The notes beneath the pieces were generated by a model. The model was not told the DNA's origin and made no database searches. It saw nothing but the letters and a program-made list of their open reading frames with translations. Positions 39,850-52,835 of a stretch of 64,000 bases of DNA are shown one piece after another. Every line of letters begins with the position of its first letter. Position 1 is the stretch's first letter. The DNA lies in NCBI RefSeq assembly GCF_004010195.1, contig NC_057719.1, positions 5,527,258-5,591,257 on the forward strand. Direction: 5' to 3'. This stretch comes from Chiloscyllium plagiosum (Eukaryota). A program made the position numbers and the translations under genes.

Positions 39850-40905
39850 AGGGAAATTTAGAAAATATCAGGAGGCTATTTGTCTCATGAAGCCTGCTTT
39901 GCCAGTCAATATGATCATTGGAGTAGCAAATTCAACTCCATGCTCACCTTCTATTTGCATACCCCTTAATGCCTTTAGTCTCGAGAAATCTATTTCTTAC
40001 TTAAATATATTTAGTGTCTAGGCCTCCATCACCTTATGTGGTAGCGAATTGCATAGGTTCACCACCCTAATGTCAGTCCTAAATGGTCTCCCATATTCTG
40101 AGATTGTTACTCTAAGTTTTGGACCTCTCCCCAGATAGGATGTGTCATCCCTGAATCCAGTCTATGCATTCCTGTCATAATTTTATGCATCTCCATGAGA
40201 TTTCCTCTCATTTTTCTGAACTCCAGTGACCACAGGCCTAGATGAACCAATCTCTATTTATATGACAATCCCACCATTTCATGAATCGCTGTGATAAACC
40301 TTTGCTGCATTCTCTCTATGACAAGTGTATCTTTGCTTGGGTAAGGAGAACAAAACTACTCCAAGAAATGTGATACCATCCAGGACAAAGAGCCCACTTG
40401 AATGGCTCAACATCCTCAAACTTTCACTCTCTTCACCACTGATGCTCAGTAGCAGGAATGTGTACATCTACAAGATACACTGCAAAAATTCCTGAAGGTT
40501 CCTTCAAGAGCACCTTTCAAACCCACAATCACTACCACCTAGAAAGACAAAGGCAGCAGACACATGGGAATATCATTGCTGGCAACTTTCCCTCCAAGCC
40601 ACTTACTTGGAAATATATTGCTGTTCTTTCAGTGTTGTTGGGTCAAAATCTTGGATCTCATTCCGTAATAGCATTGTAACTCTACTTACACCGAATGGAT
40701 TGCAGCAGTTCAAGAAGGAAGCTCACCACAATCTTTCTGAGAGCAACTAAGGATGAGCAATAAAGACCTAGCCAGTGACTCCCACAACCCATAAATGAAT
40801 AAGAAAAAGATGTAGTCTCACGAAGGCCCAGTGCAACTGCAGTAAGACATCTTTGGTTGTATATTCAAATCCCCTTGTAATGTAGGTCAGCATATAAGTG
40901 GCCTT
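39850..40905 (-). mobile_element. Old CR1 3' fragment with nested opposite-strand LINE tail (~40360-40810)
   Basis: CR1 3' motifs on the minus strand; the inner segment matches the tail of 4300-6545. Confidence 0.65.
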
Positions 40906-43846
40906 TCATGAGTATTTGAAACAAATTGCTTATATACATGTAAGAGAAGAAAAAGTAGAGATATGCTGACAGCATAAGATAATGTAAATGAAGTAAGGTA
41001 AAGAGGAGGCTTGCATGGAGTATAATTGCCAGCTTCACTAAATGGCCTAATTGTCTCCTATAAATTCTAGAAAATAATCTTTGTTTCCAGTAAATCGAGG
41101 TATTCTTCTTAGTTTTGTGAGAGCAAAAGTAGACAAGATATTTTAGAAAAAGAATTTAGATTTTCTGAGTGCAGCAGATGTTGCTTTGAATATTATGAAT
41201 CAAGTGGCAATTAAGTCAACATACAATAATTGGAGTCGTTATTAGGTTTCCATTTAAGATTTTTCTAAAGTGTGAATCATTATACGTTCTTTGACTTTAT
41301 ATGTTTTAGGTAAACTAAAATAATTTCCTGTTGGAAAATTTTGTTTGGGTAAATGTAAAACTTGCATTTCCCCTTCCCACCCTTCAGCTACCTTCAGAAG
41401 TAGACGATCTCTGCGATTGTATGTGTGACCAATGCTTTAAAAGGTTGTAAAAGGTATTTATGTTTCTGTATCAAGTGCAAAGTCTAAATAGTGTAATTTA
41501 AAGACATATCAGTGGATATATACATACTTTCTTCAGTATTTAGCTGACATGTTTTCATGCTTGAAAAGTCAAAATTTGATAGACTTTTAAACAGAATTAA
41601 ATCAAGAACTGTGGGAATTTCATGTTTAAATTTGCATTTTAATGGGTAGATGCATTTCTGCCAGTAATGACTGATGTGGGAGAAATGCAGGTGCACTTAT
41701 AATAGTTGTTTTACATGTATCAAAGAAAGTGGTAATTGTCTTATAAAGTTAGGAGTGCGATCAATGGCCAGTAATTCGTTCTTAATCTCTGGAAACTGAA
41801 GCCTGTGCTGGGAAGTGAAGAGGGCATATATCATGGATAAAGAAGTGGCCGCGAGAACCTCTGTTTTACTTGTGGGGATTTATTACTCACTCCCTCTTGG
41901 CTCAAAATTCTTCATTTGAAGCAACTCTTCATTCAAACATGGAATAAGGTCATTTGAAACTTGAACTCAACTTCTACTACCAGAATCAACTGGTAAGCAG
42001 CTTTGAAACTATTTTTATATTGCTGAAAATACTGTAAATACTGCTCATCCAAAAGGTAAAGAAAACCATTGTTAGGTGATACTAGATCTGAGATCTCGAT
42101 TAATCCTAAAATCAAGATTACCACCAATCAGCTGGCAGTAGTCTGGACTCATTTGTTCACTAATGAGGATCTTCAGAATTTAATGTTGGTTTGCAAAGAT
42201 ACATGGCTGAAATGTCCTATAGGTCTGTAACCCAGAATTTGTGCATAGCTATATCTACTCTGATTTCACCATGTAAGGACAATGGACCTGCCATGTCAAA
42301 AACAAGGGCTGCTACATCGGAAGTGAAAAGGATGAAAGGGGCAGGATGTGATAAGAGGAAAACGCTCAAAAGCAGATGTGTACTAGGCCCCTTGCTATCA
42401 GCCATTACTCCAGGTCAGAAGTTAAATCTGTCCCCTCCCACAGGACATTCTAATGGTGGAAAAGGGAACCATTCTAATCCGATGTTTTCATCTTTCCACA
42501 GGTCATTAACAAATTCAGATGCTCTTGATGAATGACATGGCAAGGGTGGAAGTGAGGGACTGGCAGTAGCTTCCAGAGCGTTCAGAGAATACAGACCATG
42601 GCTTTGTTGTGCAATTGTCTCAATTTCATCTGCAGATGAAAAGGAGATTGAAAGTCAAATCTGCACTTTTACTCACTTTTCTCTCTCTCAGGAGAGGGAG
42701 AGAATTGCTCTGTCTATACCTTCGCTCCAAGGCCAAGTGACTTGGTTCTCCACAGGCTGCGCCAGCATGGACACATTTCACTGGTCTTAGTTGGCTGGGT
42801 GAGCTCTGCAGCCTCAGAATCTAGTTTTAAGAAACAGGGGTTCTCTGAAGAACTGGTGAATGTTGTTGCCTTGTCAAAGAGATTGGCTACAACAGATCAG
42901 TGAGCGTATGGAGTGTGATTAAATGATGGCAGTACTGAAGAGATGCTTACTGATGTACATGAGGAATCACGAATACTCAAATAGTAACATGGAATTTCTG
43001 TATGAGGCCTCCACTCAAAACATGTTGCGCAGGGCATATTACGAGTTACAAAAGCCAGTGCAACAGCTGGTGCCTGCACTGAGAATATTTAGCAAATCAG
43101 TTGGCATCAGAGAGCGAGGGAATAGTTGGGACTTTAACCTTGATGAAAGCTCTGATTTCTGCTCTTGAAACTTTGAATGCCATACTGTAACATGCTAACA
43201 ATCATAGCTTCCAGTTTCTTGCTGACACCCAACATAATCTGAGAACAGCCAACAAATTAGAGTTGAAGATCAAAACACTGGAAGGGTGGCAGGTGTGGTC
43301 CATGAACCAGTTATGCTGTCCTTGTGGATGAAAGTATCTCATTAAGTTCTGACCTGCCAGCAGGAAATACGGAACCACCTATGGATAAGTGGCTACACAA
43401 GGCAATATCCTTTCCATTACTGTCTCAACCAGTAACAGCATTGTTCTATGAGTCTTCTACAAGGGCAAACCTGATCACAGCTGATCAGCTCATCTTGCTC
43501 CCCTTTTTCCACTTCTGAACTTAGTGGGACAAGTAATACAATATCCTGATTTGGAAATGTATTGCTATACCTTCACCATCACATGGTCAAAATTTTGGAA
43601 GTCCCTTACTTACAGCGTTGTGGATATATCTTCAGCCTAAGGATTACAGAGTTAAAACAAGGGCTCACCATCACCCTCATGAGAGCAACAACAGCTTAAC
43701 CTATAATGCCAACTTGTCATGCATGAATGGGGAAAATAAAAGGAATAGTTAACTGGTGGGCTCATCAATGTGCCAGGGTAAAGGGTGGGGAAAGGTGGAT
43801 GGCAGCAGAATTGATTGCCAGTTTTCACTATCTTTTTACTATTTTC

Positions 43847-46800
43847 TGCAGTGATTGCAATGAGGTCAACCAGGTAGACCTCATAGAATATGAATTCCCT
43901 GATTGGGGTTGTTAATGTGGTCCAGTCAGCGAGCCCTGATTGACATGTAAGAATAAATGCCAGACATCCTGTTCACTCTGAGAACTGGCTCTGAGGGAGC
44001 TGGATCAGTGTCAGGTACTCTCCATGTATAAATAAACGGTGACCTGGTAGTGGGATACCAGCCTCTGTGGAATTATTTCAGTGCTGACGAGAAAACATTG
44101 CACCCCTGAAGAAATTTGCTTGCAATAGTATTCTTGGAGTTGGGGGTAAGCATTTCTGTCACCATGCTGATATTTGTGAAACTTGACATCTTCAATCCTC
44201 CCATTGAAGACTGAGCCAAGTATATGGAAAGAGTGTGTTATTCTTTCTATGCAAATAACATTGAGGCAGATGAAAAGCAACGAGTAATTCTCCTGACAAC
44301 TTGTGGACCCGCAGTCTTTTTGATTATTCAGAGCTGGTTACTATTTTTACCTGGTCTGGCCTATATGTGACTCCAGGTCTACAGTAATATGTTTGGCTCT
44401 TAACTGCCCTCTGTGTAGTTAGGGGTGGGCAATAAATGCTGGCCTAGCCAGCAACGCCCTCATCCTATGAATGAATGAAAAAAAAAGCCTAACTTTCTAA
44501 GACATCAGATAATAAAACCTTTCAACTGTTCACAGATTTAGTTAAGGAATATTATGACCCCAAGTCTGCTCTAATCCTCAGATGCTATCAGTTTTACTCT
44601 GGCAATTCGAGAACCAGGGGAATCTGTATCATGGTTTTTGACGAGGTTACGTTGACTGCAGAGGCATGTGACTTTGGTTTAACCCTCAATGAGATGCTGA
44701 TAGACTATTTGGTATGTGGGATTAAAGATGTTACCATGCAAAGGTGCCTATTAGTTGAAGGCCAACTGGCTTTATCATTGGAAAGTGTGGCAAGCAGAAC
44801 ATATGAACTGCAGGGTATTCCAGTGGAAGTGGACACAGTTGCCAGTCCATCTAAGCTTGGGGGACATCACTTGAGTGATGGCAATTGCATAGCTTCACTC
44901 AGAACATATCCTGAACAAAGGGACTTGAGGTCAGCCCACAGCAAAACCCCAAAACAAAGCCAAGCCTCGGCCAAATGATTAATATTTTCTTTGGGATCCG
45001 GACCAGCAAACTATTGTGGTTGCTGCCAGTGTACAGACTCAAGACAGCAAAAAGGTCCCACTGAACCTAAACTGATAAGAGAAGTCATAGGCCAATATCC
45101 AAGAGGGTGCACACCCTGGAAAGCCCACATACATGTGGTTTGGAGCAGTTAAATTGCTTAGCAACATCCAAAACAAAATAAATGTTTTGTTAAATGGTCA
45201 CTCAGTTCTAATGGAGGTCAGTACTAGCATGGCAGTTTCAGTAATTAAAGAACCAGTCTTTCACGAAATTCACTCTGGACTCCAACCATTAAGTTTGTAC
45301 AAGCCCTTGACTAGACTGAGAACCTAAACCAGGGAACCTTTACAGATTAAGGGTACACCTTCAGTTCTGGACTCTCATGAGAAGCAGCTGGTTCAGTTCC
45401 CACTGATTGTGGTAAAAGGCTCCGGCCCAAGCTTGATGAGGTCAAGTTGGTTGAGAAAGACACAACATTTTTTGATTAGAAAATGGCTGCCTGAGTGAAG
45501 TCTTAAATATCCAGATGTTTTTCAGGAAGTTCTATGGACTACCAAAGGAGCCAAAGTCACCTTGCACATTGATTAAGAAGCAATAGCACGATTGTGCAAG
45601 GCCCACCCAGTGCCATTTACTTTACGAGGAAAGGTCAGAAAGCGAAGGAGTCATCAAACCAGTCTAGTTTGTGGAATAGGCAGCATCAGTCAAACCGAAT
45701 GTGAAGGCCGATGGGTTGGTTTGCCTTTGTTGGAATTTTAAACAGTAAACTGTTTTTCACAGCTAGATAAATACCCAATACTTCACACATACAAAGCTTG
45801 CAGCGGGATGCTGTCTTTCACGAAGCTGGACATGAGCCATGCGTACTTGCAATTGTGGTTAGATGAGGATTACTAAGGGTAGTATGAGCTCATAGGTGGC
45901 ACAATGGAGAGGAATTCCCAATAGTATAAGCATCCAGGCTTTGGGTAATGCAGAGCTTAAATATGCTCATTTGGGGAAGGAAGATTTGATGGTCATATTT
46001 GAAGACTGGAATTCTGACAATACTTTTACAGATGTAAGTGTGTAATAATAATGGACCACAAACCCCTGCTAGGTCTACTTAAAGATGGCAAGTTAATGCC
46101 GCCCATAGCTTCAGTCGAAATTTGGTGGTGGGCTCTAATACAAAGTGCACATGATTACGAGTTGCAACACCGTCCAGAAGGCCAAGTAGCAAATGCTGAT
46201 GCATTAAACTGCCTCCTGTTGATGAATACACCACCGCTGGAACTGGCTGAAATGGTTTTAAATTTTCTGGACACCCTTCCAGTCACAGTTGACAATATCG
46301 GACTTTGGACGTGGAAGGATCTGGTCCTGGCAAAACTGAAATAACTGGTGGTGATGAGTAATACCAAAGGGCCGTCACAAGCAGAATTGAAAGCTTTTTG
46401 GACCAGGAGAGAGCAGATCACAGAAGAGGAGGCACATTATTATTTTAGGGAGCAAGAGTTATAGTCTCAAGGAAAGATTGCTGCCAGATAATTACTGAAC
46501 TCCATCAGGGTCATCCAGGGGTTTCCAAAATGATGATGTTGACAAGAACTTAAGTCTAGTGGCCGTGATTGGATGCATTGCATTATTGGGGCAGTGCCCA
46601 GAAGAATTCCAGCCAGCAGCTGCCAATTATTTATGGGAATGGCTGGGTAAACCCTGGATTTTGTTACACATCGACTATGCAGGTCCTTTTATGGGTTCAA
46701 TGTTCTTAGTCATTGTGGTCAGCCACTCAAAGTGCTTGGACGCACAAAGAGTTCATTTGTCAAACACTGGGATAACAATAGAAAAATTGTGTGTATCTTT

Positions 46801-47852
46801 TGCAATGCACGGACTAGCAGAATTGTTGGTCATGGATAATGGGCTCTCATTTATCAGCAGGGAGTTTGAGTATTGCCTAAAGTCAAATGGTATTCATCAT
46901 TGAAGGATAACTGCATACCATTCGTCATCCAGTGATCTGGCAGAAACTGCATTCCAAATGTTGAAGACAGGCTTAAAGAAATGGCCTACAGCTTCACTAG
47001 ATTCCAAACTGTCCCAGTTCCTATTTGATTAGAGGACCAGGCCTCATGCAACTACAGGGGTAGCTCCAATAGAGTTACTAATGGGGAGAAGATTCCATAC
47101 TAAGTTAAATTTGATCTTCCCACTTGGCGCTGAGGGTGAAATAACATCAGGAATGCCAATGCAGGACACAAGACGCCTAGGGATGAAGTTTGGTGTCAGG
47201 TATGTGGGATTGGCCTTGCAAGGGTAAGAAGCATGGTCAACATGAGGTCAGGTCCAGTAATGTATAAAGTTGGGTAGGTGTGCTGGTCTGAACAAGCACA
47301 TGGACCATGTGAAAGCTGCAAAATCACAAACTATATGGGAACACAATGTGCCCAGCTGTTAGACAGCATTTCCAACTGTTCAGAATCTGTGGGATTTCCT
47401 TGTCTGTCAAGCATTAAAGACACTTCACAATCTGAGATGGGCACGAATGTTGCCATGTCGATGCTTTTTCTGCCTGAAGAAGAGAATGAATTTCTTTTGA
47501 GACTCTCTGGATGCAAGATGAGAGCCACTGTGCATTACATGCTGCCCATTTCAGAGGCAGAGTTGGAGGAACCTGACCCGGTGCTAAAACACCCCAGAGG
47601 AGCTCCAAAAAAAGATCCAGTCTGTGTCCTCGGATTCAGGATGGGATGTAGTGATTGTAATCAGGTGGATCTCAGAGAATGTGTATCTGGTCCAATCAGG
47701 GAACCCTGGCTATCAGAGAAGAACAGGGCTGTCAGACATCCTGTTTACTCTGAGAGCTGGTTCTGAGGGACTTGGATCAGTGTCAAGGACTTTCCATGTG
47801 TAAATAAAGGGTGATATTGTGACAGGATATTGGCCCGTGTGGAGTTATTCCT
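43847..47852 (+). mobile_element. Decayed Gypsy/Ty3 (Mag/K02A2.6-like) provirus with both LTRs
   Basis: LTRs at 43847-44080 (TG..CA) and 47647-~47852; degenerate PBS at 44081; gag (LTAEACDFG..LIDYLVCGIKD), protease (LNGHSVLMEVSTS), partial RT (FTKLDMSHAYLQL), RNase H (DHKPLLGLL..ANADAL) and integrase (HIDYAGPF..MDNG), in PR-RT-RH-IN order. Confidence 0.92.
44335..44487 (+). mobile_element. SINE 3' half nested in the Gypsy gag
   Basis: cctggtctggcctatatgtgactccag..ggcaataaatgctggcctagccagc..(atga)n + poly-A; gag resumes after it. Confidence 0.7.
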
Positions 47853-50143
47853 CTTCTCTTTCTCACTTCTTTTGTCACTTTGGGGAGAGGTAGCCTGACT
47901 AGAATATTGTAACTACCACTTTGCTGACTGGCTTCTTTGTTGGCTGCCTAGATTCTGAATTTTATTGCTGCAAAGTAAATTTGGCAAATTTTGATTATAG
48001 TTCTTTCAATTTTTTTTAAAATAAACTATTTAATCCAAGTTCACAATGCTGATTAATGTTCAATAAAAAATTATCATTATAAAATAGTAAAAGTTTCCAT
48101 GAATTTAAATTGCTGTAATACATTGTAGTGAAACTATACCTTTCAAGGTCCACTTAAGATTTTATTGGGGTTTCTGTAAGCATCTGCTCAAATGTCTAAG
48201 AGTTTAATTTTTTCAGGCAATGTTTGTATGAGATTATATTATTTTCAGGTTAACTTTACTATTTCTATAAAAACTTTTTTTATATAATAAAGTCTTTGAA
48301 GTCAAATATTTGTCTTTTCCTCCTTGCAACCTCTGTAGAGACACTCATTTAATAATGCATGTACCACAAGCTGCTATCTCATTGCTTCACCTACTTGAGG
48401 ACATATGTGCAACAATTCCACATCCTTTAACTATTGACCCATAGTCCAGGGTTATCTGCTTTCGTTGGCTCATTCCTGCCATCGACTGATACATTCCTGT
48501 ATGCCAAAATTCAGGCATTCTATAAAAGTACAGTTCTGCAAGGTTGTTTAGAGGGAACCCTTCAATCTATCCACGAAACCTGGAGCAGCTGCATAGCATG
48601 CAATACACACTATTCTTTTGTATCTCTCCTTAGCTTTTATCTTGTGGGACACCAGAAATTGTCACAGTCACAGCTTCAAAGGGGCATCTTTGTTGTGGAA
48701 AATTCAACAGTCCAATACCTCTTATTCTGGAGAATGCACTCGACAACAGAATTAACCACAGTAAAAACATCACAACAGCATTCTCCAGATGTCCTTCACC
48801 CCAAAAAAACCCCACAGGATTCACATGCAAGTTGTGCAGTGGGGGAGTACAGATAATCTAAACAGTTAAAGTGTTAGCTTAGAGTTGGTTGTGTTGGGGT
48901 ATCTTGTAATGTGATGTGCCTCCATTGTTCATAACCCTGCCCCTATCTCCTGAATGTGGGAAATGGCCAGCAGTCCTAGAGAAATCTAATGCTTCCCGCT
49001 TTTCCTTTGCACTGAGCACATTAAATTTATTTGCGTTCTCCAGCTCTGTGGAAAAGGATCTTGAATGTGGAGTCTAATTGCATTTTGACAACTTTTGGAC
49101 TTTCACTGGTATTGCACAACTGCCCTGTGAATGCCTGCAGTGGTCCAGACCTGTAAAGGATTGGAAGTCATGGTCATCTCATGTCAATGGTTAATGCTTC
49201 GTTGAGTGTTGATCAGTTTTAAATCATTGAGGATCCAGTCTCTAACTCAGCAAGTATCCAGCTTTCAATGGCTCAACTATCACATGATGCATTCTTCAAT
49301 CTTTTGAATGTCATTGAAGAATTTTGAATTTTCTGGGTTGCAGACTTTTCGAGTGCTTAGATCTTTCATTTCCCTGTTTTCCTGTGTCTTGTTTTCTTTA
49401 CGTTTTTCTCCTTCACCTCCTTGATACCTAATTTTTAAAAACCTTTTGGTGCGATGTGAGTGTAACTAGCTTGACCAGCACTATTTTGTGCATCCTTAAT
49501 TGCCCTTGAGAATGTGGTGGTGAGTTGCTTTCTTGAGCTACTGCAGTCCCTGGGTGTAGGGACTCAGATTACTGTTTAGAAGCGAGTTTCAAGATTTTGA
49601 CCCAGCAACTATTAATGGACAGTGATTAATTCCAAATCAAGATGCTGTGTAGGTTGGATGGGCACTTACAGATATGCTGCTGACCATGTCCTGCTGGTGA
49701 AAGAAGTGATAAATTTGAAAGGTGCTGTCATGATCACTTGCTGTGGTCCTTTCTCAGCTGTGTCAGTGTCATAAACTAACATCCATATTTTACCACCAGA
49801 TTTTATAGTATTCATTAAGGGATGGATGTTGGCCAGGTACCAGGGGGAGTGTAGCAACTCTACACTCTTTGAAAACTCTAATAAAATTTTGTATGTCTGT
49901 AATGGAGCAGTATAGCAATAGTGAGGGAAGGCATTGAGCAGTTATGCCAAGAACTCCACTAGGAGGTGATGATAATGAGGGAAGGCACCAAGCAGGGCAG
50001 CTGGATAAATTGTATTGGGACTTCTAGCAGCAGGTGGTGAAGGTGAAGAAGGGCACTGGGCAAGGCAGCTGAAGCAGTAGGATCAACCCTCCCTGGAGAA
50101 AATGCGGTCTTTGGGGGAAGGAGGCCCCTTGGTGAGAAGGATC

Positions 50144-50264
50144 GAGAGTGTGGTGCTGGAAAAGCACAGCAGGTCAGACAGCATCCAAGGAGCAGGAAAA
50201 TCGACATTTCGGGCAAAAGCCCTTCATCAGGAATGTGGCTTGAAGCCTCGTGGGTGGAGAGATA
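50144..50264 (-). mobile_element. Penelope-derived insertion with minus-strand hammerhead core (50198-50234)
   Basis: Exact 16-bp TSD cttggtgagaaggatc (50128-50143 / 50265-50280). Minus strand reads attc-CTGATGA-a-gggc(tttt)gccc-GAAA-tg-TC-gatt. Confidence 0.82.
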
Positions 50265-50454
50265 CTTGGTGAGAAGGATCAGACAATCAAAGAATTTGCT
50301 GAACCAGATGTAAACCACAGGCTTAATTCCATGTAAATACTGATTTACATAGTTAAACTTAATTTTCTTCTATATTTATAAGAACCTGATGCCGATGGAA
50401 TAAAGCACGTCTGTTTCATGAAGTTTGGACCATCAGTGTGTTCATAATTCCTGT

Positions 50455-50650
50455 CACATGTCCAACTGAACAGGCACCTGGGACCTTGGTTTAATGTCTC
50501 ATCCAAAAAAATGACAGATCCACCATTGTAATATTATGTACTGCACTGGGGTCCTGGCTTGGTTTTGATGTGCTCATGCACTGGAGTGGGACTTGAACCA
50601 TCCCATATGGTTTCTGGAAAAGAGTCCTGCCAACTTATCTACAGCTGACA
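50455..50650 (-). mobile_element. DeuSINE (SacSINE1/AmnSINE1-like) fragment
   Basis: ggtttaatgtctcatccaaaa (Deu-domain-like) and ggagtgggacttgaacc (reverse B-box); a further part at ~49800-49905; related scraps at ~24560-24705 and ~53770-54030. Confidence 0.55.
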
Positions 50651-50724
50651 AATCTTATAGATGGTTACAATGCTACTGCATTGGCAGTGGAGAGATTGAA
50701 TGTTGATCATTGGTTCCACTTCCT

Positions 50725-50838
50725 CAAAGTTTGCACCTGGGACCCACCATGATGCCTGTATCCTGAGAGCTCTTTTGTTCTGCTGCATGTGATGATCCAG
50801 GAGTCACAGAAGGATGGTTATTGGAGGACACGGACTAA
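50725..50838 (+). mobile_element. PIF/Harbinger transposase remnant
   Basis: KFAPGTHHDACILR then (frameshifted) GWLLEDTD*, like the HARBI1-type motifs PGSxHDxxIL and GWLLGDxGY. Confidence 0.5.
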
Positions 50839-51159
50839 CTTTGCAACTTGAGCTCTCTCTCTTTCTCTGTCTCACATGCACACTCAAACATAACCCAAAA
50901 TAATGATGATGCGATCGCTTGATTGAGGCTAAGTGTCAACGTAATACAGCCCATTCTTTGACTAGAGACATTGTGGACAGAGTGTGCTCTGTCCACCCGG
51001 AGCACACAAAGTGGGAATGTGATTAATGCTGACAAACTGGGATCATGGGCAATTTTCCAAAGAGTGTGATGAGGACATTGAGCAGGAGAAACATCATCTT
51101 TTGCGTGATGAAGCACAGCTGCGTTGATCACTACAAGCCAGGCAGGACTTAATTGAATA

Positions 51160-51385
51160 AAACTGAAAGAATGCGGATGCTGTAAATCCGAAACGAAAAC
51201 AGAAATTGTTGGAAAAGCTCAGCAGCTCTGGCAGCATCTGTGGAGGGAAATCAGAGTTATTGTTTCAGATCTGGTAACCATTTCTCAGAACTGTTCTGAG
51301 TCACCGGATCTGAAATGGTAACTCTGATTTCTGTTCACAGATGTTGCCAAAGCTGCTGAGCTTTTCCAGCAACTTCTGTTTGCGT
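51160..51385. mobile_element. Second-family Penelope-type fold-back element
   Basis: acagaaattgttggaaaagctcagcagctctggcagcatctgtg pairs with cacagatgttgccaaagctgctgagcttttccagcaacttctgt; centre ctcagaac/gttctgag. Confidence 0.75.
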
Positions 51386-51949
51386 CCACTGTATGAGAGC
51401 TGGGTGCACTGATCAATCATTGACTGTAAAATTGTTGGTGTTTGACATACAAGCAGTTGTAATCCAAGCGGCAAATGTAGCTTATGTTTGTTTGCTTTCT
51501 GTGCATTTTTGGTCTTTGTAAATTAGAAATGAATGTTGTGAAGTGATTGAAGAGTTTCTTGTATGTAAAGGTCCCACATTGACTTAAGTTATTGGTTTGC
51601 ACTGAGCAAAGGGAAGCTGTGACTTAGAGAGAAATGGTTGTTATTTAAAAAAAGGGTCATTACAAGTACAAAGGATCAAGGGATCATGGCAGTATCATAA
51701 TTATGCATACAACTTCTGCTCAATTTTCTACAATGTTTTTTTGCTGCATGTTTACTCAACATTGGACCACAGGTGTGCTGAGTACAAGTACACAGGACAT
51801 TCCCAAACCAAAAAAAGCCTCAATTGCACAGACGTAACAGCTAATTGTTATCAAATACAATCAGGAGTGAAATTTGCCTTGAAATATGCATGTGTAGTCT
51901 TAAGAGAACAACAACATAACATCAGAGATGTATGGCTATGGGAACGGAA

Positions 51950-52835
51950 CAAGCCAGTAAAAGATATTTGTACAGGTGACAAAAAAAAAATTGGTCAAAG
52001 AGGTGCAGGAAGAGAATGCCGGAGTGTCAGACTTAGGCAGATACGGATGTGGAGATAATGGATGCACAAGTAATCTTCCAAAATTCTCGAGATTCTGTTG
52101 CTGCCCCATCAGATTGAAACACTGCAAATGCAGCTGTTGTATTCAACAGGTGGACAGAAGAACACTGTGTTGGAAAAAAATAATATTTTATTAGGAATAA
52201 TAATGAAGCAGGATATTTAGAAATTCATAATGCAAGAGTCAATGTGGTTTTACAAAAAGAAAATTGTGTTTGACAAATTACTTAAAATTCTTTAAGGATG
52301 TAATGAGCAGCCCAGATAAAGGTGAATTGAAAGATATTTGATAAGATGCCATACCAAAGGTTACTAAAACATCAAAGCTCATTGTATTGATATTGATATA
52401 TTAACATAGATGGTTGGTTGCTGGATAGGAAAGAAAATTGGGGTAAATGGATCATTTGCAGGATGGGAAACTGTAATTAGTGGAGTGCCAGTGGAGATAT
52501 TGGCATTCATTGTAAAGTGAATGGAGTATTAAAATGGGAAATTCTTCCTACCATTGTATAAGACATTGATGAGGCCAAGGAGAGAGATACTTACATTGGG
52601 GTCAGAGAAGATCTTATGAGGAAACACTGAGGATGTTGAGCCTATACTTATTGCAGCTAAGAAGAATGACAGCTGGTCTTACTGACACAACACAGAAGTT
52701 TGTCAGGGGACTTGACAGGATAGATGCTGTTTATATATTTCCCCTCACTGTAGATTCTAGATCTTGGGCGTAATTTTAAAAAATTAGGGGTTAATTATTT
52801 AAACTGAAGGAGAACATGAATTTCTTCACCCGGAG
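51950..52835 (+). mobile_element. Old fragmented CR1 ORF2
   Basis: Decayed HGF..CLTNLLxFF, FDKMP and PLYKTLMRP motifs. Confidence 0.65.

Noticed and set aside
44165..47110. Domesticated or active Gypsy gag-pol
   Set aside because: Numerous stops and frameshifts, protease DTG lost (STS), RT core deleted, SINE inserted in gag.
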